From Octopus vulgaris (lineage: Eukaryota), in assembly GCA_951406725.2 (NCBI GenBank), contig OX597814.1, positions 187,116,001 to 187,180,000 on the forward strand: a stretch of 64,000 nucleotides of DNA, read 5' to 3'. Position 1 is the stretch's first letter. Every line of letters starts with the position of its first letter. The translations under genes and the position numbers were made by a program. This document shows positions 63,828-64,000 of this stretch, one piece after another. The notes beneath the pieces were generated by a model, which saw only the letters and a list, made by a program, of their open reading frames with translations, was not told where the DNA came from and did no database searches.

Positions 63828-64000
63828 GATCCTTTAGCATTTAAATTAGTCCTATCTGGCCTAAATATTCATCCTGTTTTTTGACCCAATCCAGCCTTTG
63901 ACACCTACCCTACAATGTCATTCAAAAAATAATCAATCACATCATTGAAGTCTGGAAGCTACATGGTAATGTATGATTAATTCAAAACAATGTGAATAAA
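63828..64000. mobile_element. Probable piggyBac-like MITE left part, running off the window
   Basis: Starts TTGATCCTTTAGCATTTAAA (degenerate TTAA-CCCTTT); the right end is not visible. Confidence 0.35.

Overview
AT-rich eukaryotic non-coding DNA, either intergenic or a large intron, saturated with repeats. The repeat repertoire (tRNA-headed SINEs resembling octopus OR-type families, RTE LINE remnants with (GAT)n tails, very long TA/CA/GT microsatellites) suggests an octopus or other coleoid cephalopod genome; this is inference, not a database result. No host protein-coding gene can be called with confidence, and nearly all ORFs in the track are microsatellite or transposon translations. The window holds several SINE families that exchange head, core and tail modules; nested and decayed RTE LINEs; an R4/Dong-like fragment in (TAA)n; and mariner, DD37D/maT, hAT, piggyBac-like and Helentron-like non-autonomous elements. 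The most notable signal is a set of small non-coding elements, mostly embedded in (TA)n microsatellites, that carry type I hammerhead ribozyme motifs in partial-tandem or inverted-repeat arrangements (retrozyme / Penelope pseudo-LTR-like). They lie at about 10.7-10.9 kb, 43.6-44.2 kb, 52.5-52.8 kb and 53.7-54.5 kb, the last two within a 2.7-kb chain of fold-back elements. All alignments and folds were done by eye, and boundaries of old elements are approximate.
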